Below, piece by piece: positions 12,498 through 25,046 of a DNA stretch of 64,000 nucleotides (the first letter of the stretch is position 1; each line of letters starts with the position of its first letter). The notes under the pieces were generated by a model. That model was given only the letters and a program-made list of their open reading frames with translations. It was not told the DNA's origin and made no database searches. Made by a program: the position numbers and the translations under genes. This DNA is from Eledone cirrhosa. Its lineage: Eukaryota. The DNA lies in NCBI GenBank assembly GCA_964016885.1, contig OZ024742.1, positions 5,394,001-5,458,000 on the forward strand, read 5' to 3'.

Positions 12498-13830
12498 CGA
12501 AACATAAGTCAATTGCATGAACTCATAATCCTTTATTTACTGCTATATATATTTCGATGATAGCCATTGAATGGCTATTACCTCATCAGGCAGTTAGTCA
12601 GTTCTTAGATATGCCAGCTCTGTGTTTATGGTGTTGATGGTATCAGAGCCTTGGGACATATGAGCTTGTTAGGGATAATTTAATGTTGTCAGCAGGAATA
12701 ATCTTAATTCTCATTGATCAGTTTGTAGATGCTAGTAGGGTTGGTATTTGACCTCAAAGAGGCAGGTGGTGTTGTAAAGTTCAAACCGTCAGGCAAGATG
12801 ACAATAGTTCCATATGACTGATTTTCACAAAAAGCATTCCTGGTCAGATATATATTCAATTGAGGTTTATAGTATATTATATATATATATATATTCACAT
12901 ATCATACATACACAGATACATATTTACTCATGCAATTACGGGTGGTTGTGTACCTTGTTGCCCTTAGTCATTAACGCATAAATCTAGAAAAGCTAAAAAA
13001 TTAAAAGGTAGAAATAAACATGAATGCGTATAATTAGGGGAAAGGGATACTAACAAATGTTACGCTACATAGAATTATAGTGAGTTGCTATTTAGAATAT
13101 TTAATTAGGTTTATAGTATTTAAATGTTTTTCGTATACGGTGATTACAAACTGTAATCAGTTCCTGTCTTTTATTCAATAAGTCGTCCTTAGATTTAGTA
13201 ATTTCCAAGATCTCCCCTGAACATAACCTGCATTCTCTCCTGTTCCTAAGATATGGAGTTCTTTGTAGAATGGTGTTCCACGATAGTTTGAAATCTATTT
13301 TTTTCTTTTTATAGTTATTTACTGCTTCAGCTAAAGGTGTGGTATTACCTAGTTTAGTATTGTTAAAACTACTAGAGTGTGCGTAAAATCTTTTCTTAAA
13401 TGTGTTTGATGTAGATCCTATATATGTTTTGTTTGAGTCAGTAGTAGACACAGTGCATTTATATATTACATTATTAATTAAACAGTTGCCATTTAAGGGT
13501 CAAATGCTTCTATTTCTGCAATTACAACCATACGTAAGATGGTTGTTGGGGGTACCCATACCATTCTCATTAATTCTTGAGCTATTCCTATTGTAATTAA
13601 TGTTAGTGGGAGAATGAAGGTTGCTTTGTGGGTGGTTTAGTGCTAGGGTTGTATTGTGATTTTGTGTTCTGTTGGTTTTGCGTTGGTGATTTTACAGGTT
13701 GAAGGATTGTATTATTTGTCCTTTTAAAAGGTGCAGTCCTATTTAAATTATGTTGTGGTGGTATGGTCATATTATTTTTAAATATATAAATATTGTAGTT
13801 GCTTATTTTTTGCTGGGGATTGTTTGATGT
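12493..13830 (-). mobile_element. Hydra-type PLE 3' end (GIY-YIG + 3' UTR + pLTR)
   Basis: ORF 13101-13451: YIGSTSNTFKKRFYAH..CRLC..CNH. Upstream linker reads CNCRNRSI*PLNGNC. pLTR with HHR at 12539. Confidence 0.85.
12539..12594 (-). ncRNA. Type-I hammerhead ribozyme
   Basis: Minus strand: actgc CTGATGA ggtaatagccat-tca-atggctatcatc GAAA tatata TA gcagt. Confidence 0.85.
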
Positions 13831-13834
13831 AGAG

Positions 13835-15046
13835 CACAGGTTCTCAACCCATTTAAGCCAAACGCCCCCTTTTGTCCCTTGAAATCACGAAACGCCCCTC
13901 CACCCTATTTTTCCATTTTTCACTATACTACTGATTTTGATATCAGTAGATTACTAAAAAATTGATTAACAATATTCGGGCAACTGAGAGTATAAATACA
14001 TTCCTTGAAAGGAAATATATAAATTTCAAAAAAAGGAACATAAATATTCTTTTTTATGAATAAGGACCAATTGAATTTGTTATATTCCCACCAGGCGATA
14101 CCAGCTATTTTGAACATTTATACAAGAGCAACTCTGTCTATCCCAAGAGTGCTCTTATCTGGAAGAAAGTGGCAATCATATCATTTCAAAGCTTTCCAAT
14201 TTTCCCTTTAATGAAACGGACAGAATAAATGTTGATATCAAACTTGATGTCCCCCTTCTTTGTGAGCTTACAGACCACGGAAGAGGGTTTTCATGACCAC
14301 GCGGGAGGGTATATTTATTAATAAATGGTAAAATATATACAACAAATGAGTAATTGAATTGTAGTAGATGGTTTCGAGTCCTGTCAGACTGCAACTACAA
14401 ATAAAAAAATTGTTAGTTTGCTTTGTTACAATAGCATATCCAAGTTTTCGTATAAATCAACTTACTTTAACTTTGATTCATTTCAATTGGACCATTGAGC
14501 TTCATGGAGTCTAGCTAACTCTTTGACGTGAGGCTGTTTTCCTAAGTTGTAGCCAGAGATCTCCACGTGTAATTACATTGTAGCGGTTGCGAGCCTTACT
14601 GTGCAGTCTGGAAACAACACCAAACCTCCTCTCGACTAAGTATGAGCTTGGAAAAGGCAGAGCAAATCTCTTAGCCTCTGCATGTAGGTGTAGAAATCAA
14701 CGCTGAATTTCCTCTTGCATCCCAAAAAGGGGTTCACCTATTTTTGGAAATCTAATTTTGATCATGTCATCTGCTTGAAGTTCAATGAATTCTTCCTGAA
14801 ATTTAACGTCCAAATCGTCGACGTTAGCTATGAAAGCATCTGCTATCCACATTGGGATGTCCATCGGCAAAAGGTCGACAAACCGTTCTCTCATGTTGTC
14901 TTGTAGCGCACGGAGGTGAGTGGTATAAATTTGGAGTTGGTCATCGCTTACAATGTTTTGAACATTGGCGACGTTAGGAAAATTATAGAATTCCCGTCAA
15001 CAAAGATTCCTTTCGATGACATTCAATTTGGCCAGGAATGTTTTCA
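13835..15046 (-). mobile_element. hAT (Buster/Charlie-like) DNA transposon remnant
   Basis: Charlie-like terminus cacaggttctcaac at 13835. The minus strand encodes RFVDLL..QEEFIELQAD and FALPFPSSYLVERRFG..KARNR..RGDL (hAT C-terminal dimerisation region) with frameshifts. No second TIR seen. Confidence 0.75.
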
Positions 15047-15233
15047 TAAGTGGGTGATGAAATTAGTATCCTTCGTTAATTCGTAGAGCTATTTCAAATG
15101 TCGTGTAGACCCGGCTGCTATTTTAGTGGCGTAAGTATGCGCGACATGCTAAGTTCGGGAACCATGTGCGTTATATATATACACTCATTTTCCAGTTTTC
15201 TATTTGACTTAGAAGTGAGGAGGATACTAATTT

Positions 15234-15320
15234 CATCACCCACTGATGAGCCTGTTATTTGGTATATCTCTTCACAAATAATATTGCGAAACGGTTCTAT
15301 CAAAGACCGTCTGGGTGATG
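15234..15320 (+). ncRNA. Full-size type-I hammerhead ribozyme (GUC cleavage triplet)
   Basis: 9-bp stem I catcaccca/tgggtgatg; CTGATGA 15243-15249; stem II gc..tgttatttg/caaataata..gc; GAAA 15288-15291; hairpin stem III acggttct-atcaa-agaccgt; GTC 15309-15311. Confidence 0.9.
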
Positions 15321-15516
15321 GCAGTTACCACAATACTGGTTTGTATTTATTTTTCTTAATTTATTCTTAAATTAAGTCTAGCAAACCCTATTGTCTGTAG
15401 TTAGTATTTTTTTCACCTTAGCGATTTTGGTCCATTACGATTTGAACACACATATATATATGTCTGTGTTCATTTTTCCTTTTTGTTCAGTTATATATAT
15501 ATATATATATATATAT

Positions 15517-16170
15517 ACGGGGTAACAAATTATGGTACTCCGGGTATATATATATATGCCTCCTTAACCTCTGTATTAACTTGCCCATTATTTTGCTACT
15601 TTGTTAATGTTGTCTTATACATGTATGTTATTGATGATGAGAAAGCTAGATAACCATCTCATCTAATATAGACCACACAAATCTCACTACAGTGATAAAT
15701 CCTTCATCTGTCAGATAATAACCGACTCTTACGGCCACCAGACCTACATTGTTTAAACCCACCGGCTTATCTTTACACTATATATAATACACCCCATGAC
15801 AGTTTTGACATGTCAATTTTATACATCTGCCTCATGTCAGTTTTACACGCTAAAATCGTAGATATACTATACTTCCCACCGAGATTGATGTGATTATTTC
15901 AAATAATTTAACGCTAGCATTGTTGATATTGTTGTTATTGTTCTGACTGAATGCCATTACTACCACATATAGTAACCATGCCTGTATATTCTTTTCATTC
16001 TCACAAGCTCCGATGAACTGACTGGTTATAACTTTGTATTGGCGATCGAGTAACGTGAAAACAAGCGGATAGCGATCTCTAGACCTACCAGTTCAGAGAA
16101 ACAATTGTCAGCAATGAGATTGAAAACCTTTTTTGTATAGCAAACCGTCTCACTCTTCTTTCCTGATTTA
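15517..16170 (+). mobile_element. Non-coding pLTR-only relative of the PLE at 2346-5285
   Basis: Similar start (cggggtaacaaat vs cggattaacaaat), shared ttaacctctgtattaact, same HHR architecture and same end ttcctgatttata, but no ORF. Confidence 0.75.
15999..16119 (+). ncRNA. Hammerhead variant: CCGATGA core, about 81-nt stem II
   Basis: gct CCGATGA(16010-16016) a ctgactggt...accagttcag a GAAA(16098-16101) caattg TC agc; distal tctca/tgaga. Confidence 0.75.
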
Positions 16171-16665
16171 TATATATATATATATATGGTATAAGTCTGT
16201 CTATGTTGTTGAATTTCTATATCTTACAAATACAATCCCCTTTTCTTTAATTCTTTTACAAAAACATGAAATATCTTTATGACACGATAAACTAGCACCG
16301 GGTCGTCCAAGCGTGACACACCCCACAGAACCCTCCAATACTGCCACGATAAACTAGCACCGGGTCGTCCAAGCGTGACACACCCCACAAACCCCCGATT
16401 TCTATTAACACCAAAACAAATCATTGACTGACCAATACACATTCCAAAACGCGCCCACACCCCCACACACACGCACGAATCCTTAATTGCTCGCGCGCTC
16501 ACGTAAATGCACACACCGATATCAGTGAATACACACCCGCATTGCTGCCCCACCAATTACACCAAAATACACACAAACGCCCACACACAAAAAAATAGGG
16601 CCGATGCCTATATATATACCTTCTCGGCCCACATACCACAACAAAAATATATCTTTTGTCGTACT

Positions 16666-16756
16666 ACCGTCTGAGGAGCAGATCGATACTGGAGTCAGGT
16701 CCGTAAATCCTATGGGTCTCCTTGAGCCAATCCTTTGCGAAACGCGCGTAACAGGT
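16666..16756 (+). ncRNA. Hammerhead ribozyme with about 61-nt stem II
   Basis: accgt CTGAGGA gca...tgc GAAA cgcgcg TA acaggt, then AATAAA. It follows an A/C-rich UTR-like tract with an approx. 63-bp tandem duplication. Confidence 0.75.
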
Positions 16757-16933
16757 CGATACGCAATAAATAATTTTCATATGTAAACGAAACTTCCTCG
16801 TTTTTTCTATCATCATCATCATCATCATCATCATCGTTTAACGTCTATCTTCCACACTAGCATATATATTTACATGTTTGTATATATATATATATATACA
16901 CACACATACATACATACATACATACATACATAC

Positions 16934-17486
16934 ATGGTGGCTGTCAACTCGTTTTCGAGTATGGCCACTACTTTATATCCATATAGGAGAACCCCTACCG
17001 ATGCGCTGAACGAGTGTGACTTTTTAGTCCAGCCAGCGACTTGAAAACTCTGGTACAAACACTACACTTGTGACAAATATTGACACATAGTGCTGGGCCC
17101 ATGGTACCCTGTGACGACAAGTGCAGAGAGATCTCCAGATACAAAGCAATGCCTGTGCCGTGAAGCTTTTATAGTGAGCAAAGGCTCTGCACAAAGCCAG
17201 TCCCACTCTCTTAACCAAGATGATATTTACCAAAAAGAAGAACAAGTCAACATCATTGGATACCATCAGAGTTGCAGGTGTTATATCAGAGTTTTCCTTC
17301 TCCTAGAATTCTGCCTTGACAAAGGCTAAAGGGTCATCTCTCCTGGTGATTTTGGATGGCCATTGACTCTTAAGAGCTCCTTTGCCCTTTGACAGGTTTT
17401 GTTTTTAGTCCTGCAGGATGTCCAAAGTCACCCTCCTCACCAAGAAACCTTGGTGGGGTTGCCAGTTTAGTCGCCAACGACCCGAC
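16934..17486 (-). mobile_element. Non-autonomous RTE-derived element (family A), 5'-truncated
   Basis: Near-identical to 21878-22487 and 49953-50559; flanked by (TACA)n. Confidence 0.8.
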
Positions 17487-17515
17487 ATACATACATACAT
17501 ACATACATACATACA

Positions 17516-17551
<36 letters not shown>

Positions 17552-17673
17552 TAAATATATACATATATATATACATATATATATGTATATATATACATAT
17601 ATACATATATACATATATATATATATATGTATATATATATGTATATATATGTATGTATATATATATGTATATA

Positions 17674-17804
<131 letters not shown>

Positions 17805-17857
17805 GTATATATATATGTTTATATATATCTCTCTCTATATATATATATATGTATATA

Positions 17858-18329
17858 TAGGAACAAGTAAGACCCCGACGGCTGAGCTCAAGCCGTTTCG
17901 ACGGCTAATTCTGGGTTTTAAAAATAAAAAGCGTGAGCATCCGAAGGTAAAGTTTTTTCGGTGGGATTGGGATGTTCTTGGTAGAGAAGTGGATATTGTG
18001 TTTTCGCATGGTGCGGGTGAAAGAAATTGAGCTTAGCGGAAACGTCTGGATACGGCGTGGTAGGGTCGGAAAGTGCTCTACTACGGGGATAGGAGCTAGA
18101 TAACGAAGGAAATGTGGTAAGGAACCAGATGGACCATAACGCACCAAAGTACTCAATACTGAGTACTTCGGTGCGTTTCGACGGCTAATTCTTTGACAGA
18201 ATTAGCCGTCGAAACGGCTTGAGCTCAGCCGTCGGGGTCTTACTTGTTCCTATTACCCACTCTACTACCCTAAGTATTGAGTACTTTGGTGCGTTATGGT
18301 CCACCTGGTTCCTTACCACATTTCCTTCG

Positions 18330-18333
<4 letters not shown>
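17858..18333. mobile_element. Rearranged PLE pLTR (family C) with ORF N-terminus
   Basis: Inverted segments around 18199-18333. The minus strand encodes [25 protein letters not shown] (PLE-like N-terminus). Family copies at 38428-38535 and 47462-47610. Confidence 0.65.
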
Positions 18334-18389
<56 letters not shown>

Positions 18390-18639
18390 ATTTACATCGT
18401 TTTAACCATTTAAGTAAATCTAAAAACCTGTTGCATTCCCTTTAAATTTATTTTAATTTATTTCTCAAAAACCCAGTCTATGTTTCAGTAAGCCATCTGA
18501 CAGATCTTCCCCGTCTAATACCAGCTGGTGGTATTCAATACACCCACAACGTTTTATAACTCTTTCACCTGAATAAAATCATTTTATTCCTTGACACTTA
18601 TTGTATTTCCATTCAATATTTAAACATACATTCAAACTG

Positions 18640-19489
18640 CTCACAGAATTCATGACCCCCTACCCCTGCTGACGCCAAGTCTCCCCAAACCATCTGGGAT
18701 GCCAGCCAGTGCAGCCTGGCCTCAGACAGGGTCACGCACCAGCTTGACCAGCGCCGCCTTGCCTGTTTTCGCGCAGCTTCCAAACCCCACAGCGGTGCCT
18801 GGCTCCATGCTTTGCCCTCCTCCTCCACTGACACGCAGCTGGATAACGATAGCCTGCGCATCAGCGTTTCCTTGAGGCTTGGACTCCGAATCTGCGAGCC
18901 ACACAAATGTCGTTGTGGATCCACCGTGGGCTCTTTCGGCCTCCACCCGCTTTCCTGTCGCCACAGTGCCGACCGCCTTCCACGCCATGCTGCCATCAAC
19001 GAGGTCACAAAGTATGGCTTGGATGCTGTAGGCTTCCCCTCCCAGCTTGAGCCGGTGGGGCTGGACCGAGGGGATGGCAAAAGGCCAGACGGTATGATCA
19101 TCTTCCCGTTCCGCGGTGGCAAACTCCTCGCCTGGGATGCCACTTGCAGCGACACTTTCTCCAGCCTTAACCTGGTGCAGTCTGTGACTAACTCAGGTTC
19201 TGCTGCACGTCGGACTGAGGAGGCCAAACTCTCCAAGTACCGGTCACTCTCCGACATGTTTGTAGTCTTGCTCTTGGCAATGGAGACTTCTGGTGTTCTT
19301 GGCCCTAGGGCTACCTCCCTATTCACCACCATAGGTGCTGCGCTGTCCAGCCGCAGGTGTGAGCCTTGCGAGTTGGAATGGCTCCTCCAGCGCATCTCCC
19401 TTACCATCCTCCGGGGAAACGCCTTCTCCATCCTGTCCGCCGGGGCTGTAGGGAGGCCAGCACGCGTGGGACCCCATTTGTTCCGTTGA
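18640..19489 (+). pseudogene. CRE-like non-LTR retrotransposon 3' fragment: CCHC zinc knuckle + restriction-like endonuclease
   Basis: CRCGSTVGSFGLHPLSC, RH, KRPDG..WD, E..K..KY, ETSG motifs. Confidence 0.8.
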
Positions 19490-19629
19490 ACACACAATCA
19501 CTGTTTGGTTTGGGTTGGTTTTCGCTTCTGTATCTTTTATATCTCCATAGTTAATTTATCTAGCAATCAATGTTTATCATTGATTGACCAACGGTTAAAA
19601 ATACAGATATATATATATATCTACATATA

Positions 19630-19689
<60 letters not shown>

Positions 19690-20187
19690 AGCAAAATTCT
19701 TTCGTCACACATCTGTGACATCATGAGTGGTACTATTATGTTTCCTCCCGTTGTATTGTAATGCCTACGCCATTTTTATTTTATTTATTAATTTATTCTT
19801 GTCTCTGTTTACGCATGCGTTTGCGTGTGTTTCCTGTTTGGAGTGTGTGTTCATGTTTGAGTGTATGTGTATGTATTCTATCTTTGTTCACTAGTGTGTG
19901 ATTATGTGTGTTTGTTGTCATTGTACTTGTGTATATATTTATTTATTTATATTCCCCTGAGGTCAGTCTTGTTTGTTTGAGTATGGTGGTTGTTATTCCA
20001 TTCGTTTTTTCACAACAGAAAAAAACAATTTTTTATCCCATATTCTTATTATTCTTATTAATATGCAATTTAATTGCATTATACACTTCCGTCGTGTGAA
20101 GAAGCCTATAAGATGAAACCGGTACAATTAATGCCGTAATCCTATTATTTCTGGCAATATTATAACAATATGACCCTCCCCAAGTAT

Positions 20188-20195
<8 letters not shown>
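19490..20195 (+). repeat. Interspersed repeat family D (pLTR-like)
   Basis: Homologous to 41515-41760 and, inverted, to about 41790-42300. Ends in the tail gaccctccccaagtataacaat. Degenerate HHR-like motif at about 20066-20131. Confidence 0.65.
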
Positions 20196-20261
<66 letters not shown>

Positions 20262-20337
20262 GATATATGTATGTATACCCACGAAAATGGACGTTAAAAC
20301 GGAAAATGGACGTTAAACAACGACGACGATGATAATG

Positions 20338-20399
<62 letters not shown>

Positions 20400-20406
<7 letters not shown>

Positions 20407-21790
20407 ACTTGATATTATTAATTTTAAATTGGTTAATTGCTTCTTCTAATTAAGTAGTATTTGCTAGTCAACTGTGTGTAAATGAGTGTGAGTGTGAATG
20501 CTAAATCTTTTAAAAAAAGATTTAGTAGTTGTTCTTATGTAAGTTTGGATATTAATTTTAGTCACAACTTTACATCTTTATACTACATTAGTAATTTATG
20601 TAGGCAATTTATTTTAATTCTATAGTTACAATTTTGGTTAATTAAACCATATGGTCGGCTCTATAGTTAGTGTTCTTATTCTGAAGTGCTTGCTAAGATT
20701 TTTATGATATTCAATATTATCTACGCTATGACTTGAACCTGTATAATTTCGGAAGTTCTTGTTACATTGGTAAAATTCACCGCATCTAACCTATTTGTGA
20801 TGGCACTGTTACTAATATTGTTTCTACTTTTGGCACAAGGCCAGCAATTATCCCATTGTATTACTGGTACTTTATTTTATCGACCCGTAAGGATGAAAGG
20901 CAAATTTAACCTCGGCGGGATTTGAACTCAGACCATAAAGGGCCGTAACTCTTTGCTGCAAAGCATGGCGTCCGACCCTCTACTGATACTGCCATACCAC
21001 CGCCCTTTTACTAATATTGTTCGTGTGGTTTAGTCATTTTGTTTAGTATTAGCAATTAAACTATGTTTAGTATAGAGCCATTCATAGGTAGACTATTATT
21101 TCTGAGTTTTGAAATATTATAGGCATTAATCCTATGTTGTAGATTAGGTTAGGTAGCGTATGAAAGTTTTATCGAAAATATATTAACGATCTGTTGATAT
21201 CTATGTGTAGTTGGGAAGTATTTTCTCATAATAGAAACAAATTTGGAAGGTAAATCGCCGTTGGTTTGAATACTGAAGAGTTGACTATACCATGTGATGT
21301 TTCTCTTACAATTATTTTGAAGGGGAGTGTCTGTTATTAGATTATAAATAGTGTTGTTTCTAGTATTAAAATTTGTAACTGTTTGGATCATTTGTAAGAT
21401 TATATGAACTATCTGTATTCTAAATTATCTTACATATATTTATATATTGTGTATGTTTATTAGTTCTATCGATTGTTGAATTATTAGGCGTATTAGTAGG
21501 CATACAAGTTGTAATATCAATTAATTCAGATCTAATAGCAGTAAAACTGCAAGAGAATGCTGGATGTTGTGTTTGAGGTGTATTGTTATTAAATGTGCGT
21601 GGTGAGTTAGATATTCTATAAGTTTTATTGACGGTAATAACTACATTTGCCGAGTAATGGTTAGAAGTGGTTAGAAGTGGAAAGCCACTATTGTTACTCA
21701 TTAGAAGTGGAAAACCACTATTGTTACCCATATCCATTATTAATCTGTTAGTAATGAATTCATTAGGAACATTTTAACCAGATTGAAAGG
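20400..21790 (-). pseudogene. Highly decayed Hydra-type PLE fragment
   Basis: ORF 21149-21391 RNITWY..FS..MRKYFPTTHRYQQIVN..IKLSYAT matches the region of the 650-aa ORF (LWFNP..HFPISHRYHKILN..IKLSFST). Confidence 0.7.
20823..21007 (-). mobile_element. tRNA-derived SINE with 14-bp TSD
   Basis: Minus-strand head ggcggtggtatggcagtatcagtaga (A-box-like) and gagttcaaatccc (B-box). TSD ttactaatattgtt at 20809-20822 and 21008-21021. Confidence 0.85.
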
Positions 21791-21877
21791 ACAATAAATT
21801 TGTATGTATGTGTGTATGTATGTATGTATGTATGTATGTATGTATGTATGTATGTATGTATGTATGTATGTATGTAT

Positions 21878-22487
21878 GTCAGGTCACCACTTGGTGCTAC
21901 TGGTAACATGTATCCCAGTACAACCTGTCTCATGGTCGGGTCGTTGGCGACTAAACTGGCAACCCCACCAAGGTTTCTTGGTGAGGAGGTTGACTTTGGA
22001 CATCCTGCAGGACTAAAAACAAAACCTGTCAAAGGGCAAAGGAGCTCTTAAGAGTCAATGGCCATCCAAAATCACTGGGAGAGATGACCCCTTAGCCTTT
22101 GTCAAGGCAGAATTCTAGGAGAAGGAAAACTCTGATATAACACCTGCAACCCTGATGGTATCCAATGATGTTGACTTGTTCTTCTTTTTGGTAAATATCA
22201 TCTTGGTTAAGAGAGTGGGACTGGCTTTGTGCAGTGCCTTTGCTCACTATAAAAGCTTCACGGCACAGGCATTGCTTTATATCTGGAGATCTCTCTGCAC
22301 TTGTCGTCACATGGTACCAAAGGTAAAGCACTATGTGTCAATAATTGTCACAAGTGTAGTGTTTGTACCAGAGTTTTCAAGTCGCTGGCTGGACTAAAAA
22401 GTCACACTCGTTCAGCGCATCGGTAGGGGTTCTCCTACATGGATATAAAGTAGTGGCCGTACTCGAAAACGAGTTGGCAGCCACCAT
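21878..22487 (+). mobile_element. Non-autonomous RTE-derived element (family A), apparently full length (about 610 bp)
   Basis: Starts gtcaggtcacc within (TATG)n; ends actcgaaaacgagttggcagccacc(atgt)n, similar to the RTE LINE tail at 27535-27576. Confidence 0.8.
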
Positions 22488-22756
22488 GTATGTATGTATG
22501 TATGTATGTGTGTATGTATGTATGTATGTATGTTCTGGTTTTATAATTTCACAATTTTTTTCCAATAGAGAGAGTCGGTTTCTAACATAGACACAAGACT
22601 CTCTCATTGGAATTTACACAACATCAACTAGGTAGATATGTATGTCTGCATGTGTAGATATGGATGTTATTGTATGTGTGAATGTGTATGTTTTGAGTTG
22701 TATGTGTGCATGTGTATATGCAGTATATATGCTTTGTACATGTGTATATGCAGTTA

Positions 22757-23538
22757 TTAGATGCAACATTTTTGGAATGTTTTACATATTTCTACTGTTC
22801 CATTAATGGATTGTACTTGTAATTTCCTAACTAGTTGTGTTCTTTCTGTTCCTGTGAAGCTTAGCTTCTCAAGATTTGTATTGAGGCAGTTACTAACATA
22901 CCCCAGTGCCCCAATAATCACAGGCATAAATCTGAAGGTGTAATCAGGGTGGAGTATCTGTAGATTTCTCATCAGTTCTGCATAAATATTCTCCTTTTTA
23001 CTAATCTTTGATATTATATTGGCATCTGCTGGGCAGCTAATTTCAACTACTTTGTATGCTTTCTTCTCCCTGTCCCATATCATAATATCTGGTCTGTTAT
23101 GCCTGCATTTTATTGGGGTTTTTACTGGAACATTCCACCAGTACTCTTTCATATTATGTACATGGATGCCTTCCACATTGCTGTAGCTTTTAATGTGTTT
23201 ATTATCGGGGCTATCTATTTTACGGACTACATTGTACAGTGTTTTGGCCACTACATCATGCCTCATAGGTAGATAGTACCGCGATGACATCTTTGGACAG
23301 CTGCTGATGACATGGGTGATATCCTCGATGTTAGTTTTGCAGAGTCTGCACTTGTTATCACATCTAGGTATTTTGCCTGCATCCCTATCTCTTTTGTGAA
23401 TCAGTTATTTCGTGTTAATCTCCTGTTCTTGCATTGCAAAAGCGTATCCTTCAAAGTGGGAGCCAATATAGCGGTTGTTGGTCCAAGATAGACTACTTTC
23501 CTTATCTATATTACTCTCACTCTGGAGCTTCCTGGCAA
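22757..23538 (-). pseudogene. R4/Dong-like non-LTR 3' fragment (CCHC + RLE endonuclease)
   Basis: CRLC..EDITHVISSC, RHD, EYWWN, RPDIMIWD, VEISCP, K...Y motifs. Confidence 0.8.
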
Positions 23539-23658
23539 CATGTATGTATGCATGTATGTATGTATGTATGTATGTATGTTATCTCTTTCTCTTAATTTAG
23601 AGTATATTTTTTGACCGGCCACCTTCCTGGTGGCAAGGTTGTAAAAGAAAAGAAATTG

Positions 23659-24795
23659 TCATCCCTTGAATCGCAAGAATGTTTTACAAATTTTGAAGGT
23701 GCCGGCTATCGCAACCATTTGTAGACTATGAATTAGGGAGCTGCGCTCTTTGTCCGCAAATCTAAGTTCAGTTATACATTGGTCCAAGCGGGTTGGTATA
23801 TAACCCGTAGCTCCAATAATGATGGGTATGAAGCTAAAGGTGTATCTTTGATACTGGATTTGTAAATTCCTCATCAATGGTCCGTAGATGTCCTCCTTCT
23901 CCTGTATTTTTCTGACAACGTTTACATCAAGTGGGCAGCTGATCTCCACAACAGAACACGTTTTCAATGTGTGGTCCCAAACAACAATATCTGGCTGGTT
24001 GTGCTTTAGTTTGGTGGCAGTTTTTATTTTCAGGTTCCACCAGTATTCCTTAGTGCCATCTGTCTCAATATATTCTTCCTCGTTTGTTGTTAATTTTGTT
24101 TTCCGAAGTGCATTCCAGATGGTTCTAGCTATCCCATCGTGTCTCATGGGGTGGTAGTAGCGAGATGACATTCTTTCGCAGCTGGCAACAATCTCGATAT
24201 TTGTTTTACATAGCCTACATTTTTGTCAGCTGATGGCACTCCTCTTTTGTGCAGCAGATATTTGGTAGGGAGTTCTTGTTCCTGTATTGCATAGAGATAT
24301 CCCTCAAGGTGTGATGTCATAAACTTGTCGGAACTCCATGCCAGGCTTTTTGAGAGGTTTATCCCCTCTATGGTCTGTGTTTTACGTCTCAAGTATCCAT
24401 GCACAACTTTTCTGTAAATTGGTCAATTTTTTCATCTTGTTTGAACATTGAATAGGATCTTCCGATTTCTCTGGGTGAGAGATTTATATCAGGCTTTATT
24501 CCATATCTCTCCTCCAGATCAGTCGCTATCCTAATGATATTTTTTTCTTCATGCTCATAAACCTGGGCAAGATGGTTGCCAACCTTTTTCCTCTGTTGAA
24601 GGTGTTACTTCAGTGTTACTATCCGGGTCTCATATGATGTTAATATGGATTTTAGACCCCGGCCACCTTCCTTGCGTGAGAAGTATAGCTTATCCACATC
24701 ACAATTGATGTTAAAGTTCCCAGTAACACTGAGAAGTTTGCGAGTTCTAACATCCATCTCACTTAGTTCTTGCAATGACCAGTTCAGCAGGCCAA
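23659..24795 (-). pseudogene. Second R4/Dong-like non-LTR 3' fragment
   Basis: RHDGIA, EYWWN, QPDIVVWD, VEISCPLD; upstream HGY..AIQEQELPTKY and R.EGGRGL pieces, frameshifted. Confidence 0.8.
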
Positions 24796-24900
24796 ATGTA
24801 TGTATATATATATGTATATATATATGAGCGTGTATGTATGTGTATATGTGTATGCATGTGTATGTGGGTATGTGTATGTATGTATGTGTATATATATATC

Positions 24901-24980
24901 TCGTTCATCGCATCGGTAGGGGTTCTCCTACATGGATATAAAGTAGTGGCCGTACTCGAAAACGAGTTGGCAGCCACCAT
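24901..24980 (+). mobile_element. 3' fragment of family A
   Basis: Nearly identical to the 3' end of 21878-22487, followed by (TGTA)n. Confidence 0.8.
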
Positions 24981-25046
24981 GTATGTATGTATGTATGTAT
25001 GTATGTATGTATGTATGTATGTATGTATGTATGTATGTATGTATGT

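Noticed and set aside
18613-19497. 294-aa minus-strand ORF
   Set aside because: Antisense shadow of the GC-rich CRE-like endonuclease ORF.
20066-20131. HHR-like motif GTGAAGA...GAAA ccgg TA caattaa
   Set aside because: Core C3 is mutated and stems I/II do not abut the core; at best a decayed ribozyme, so not counted.
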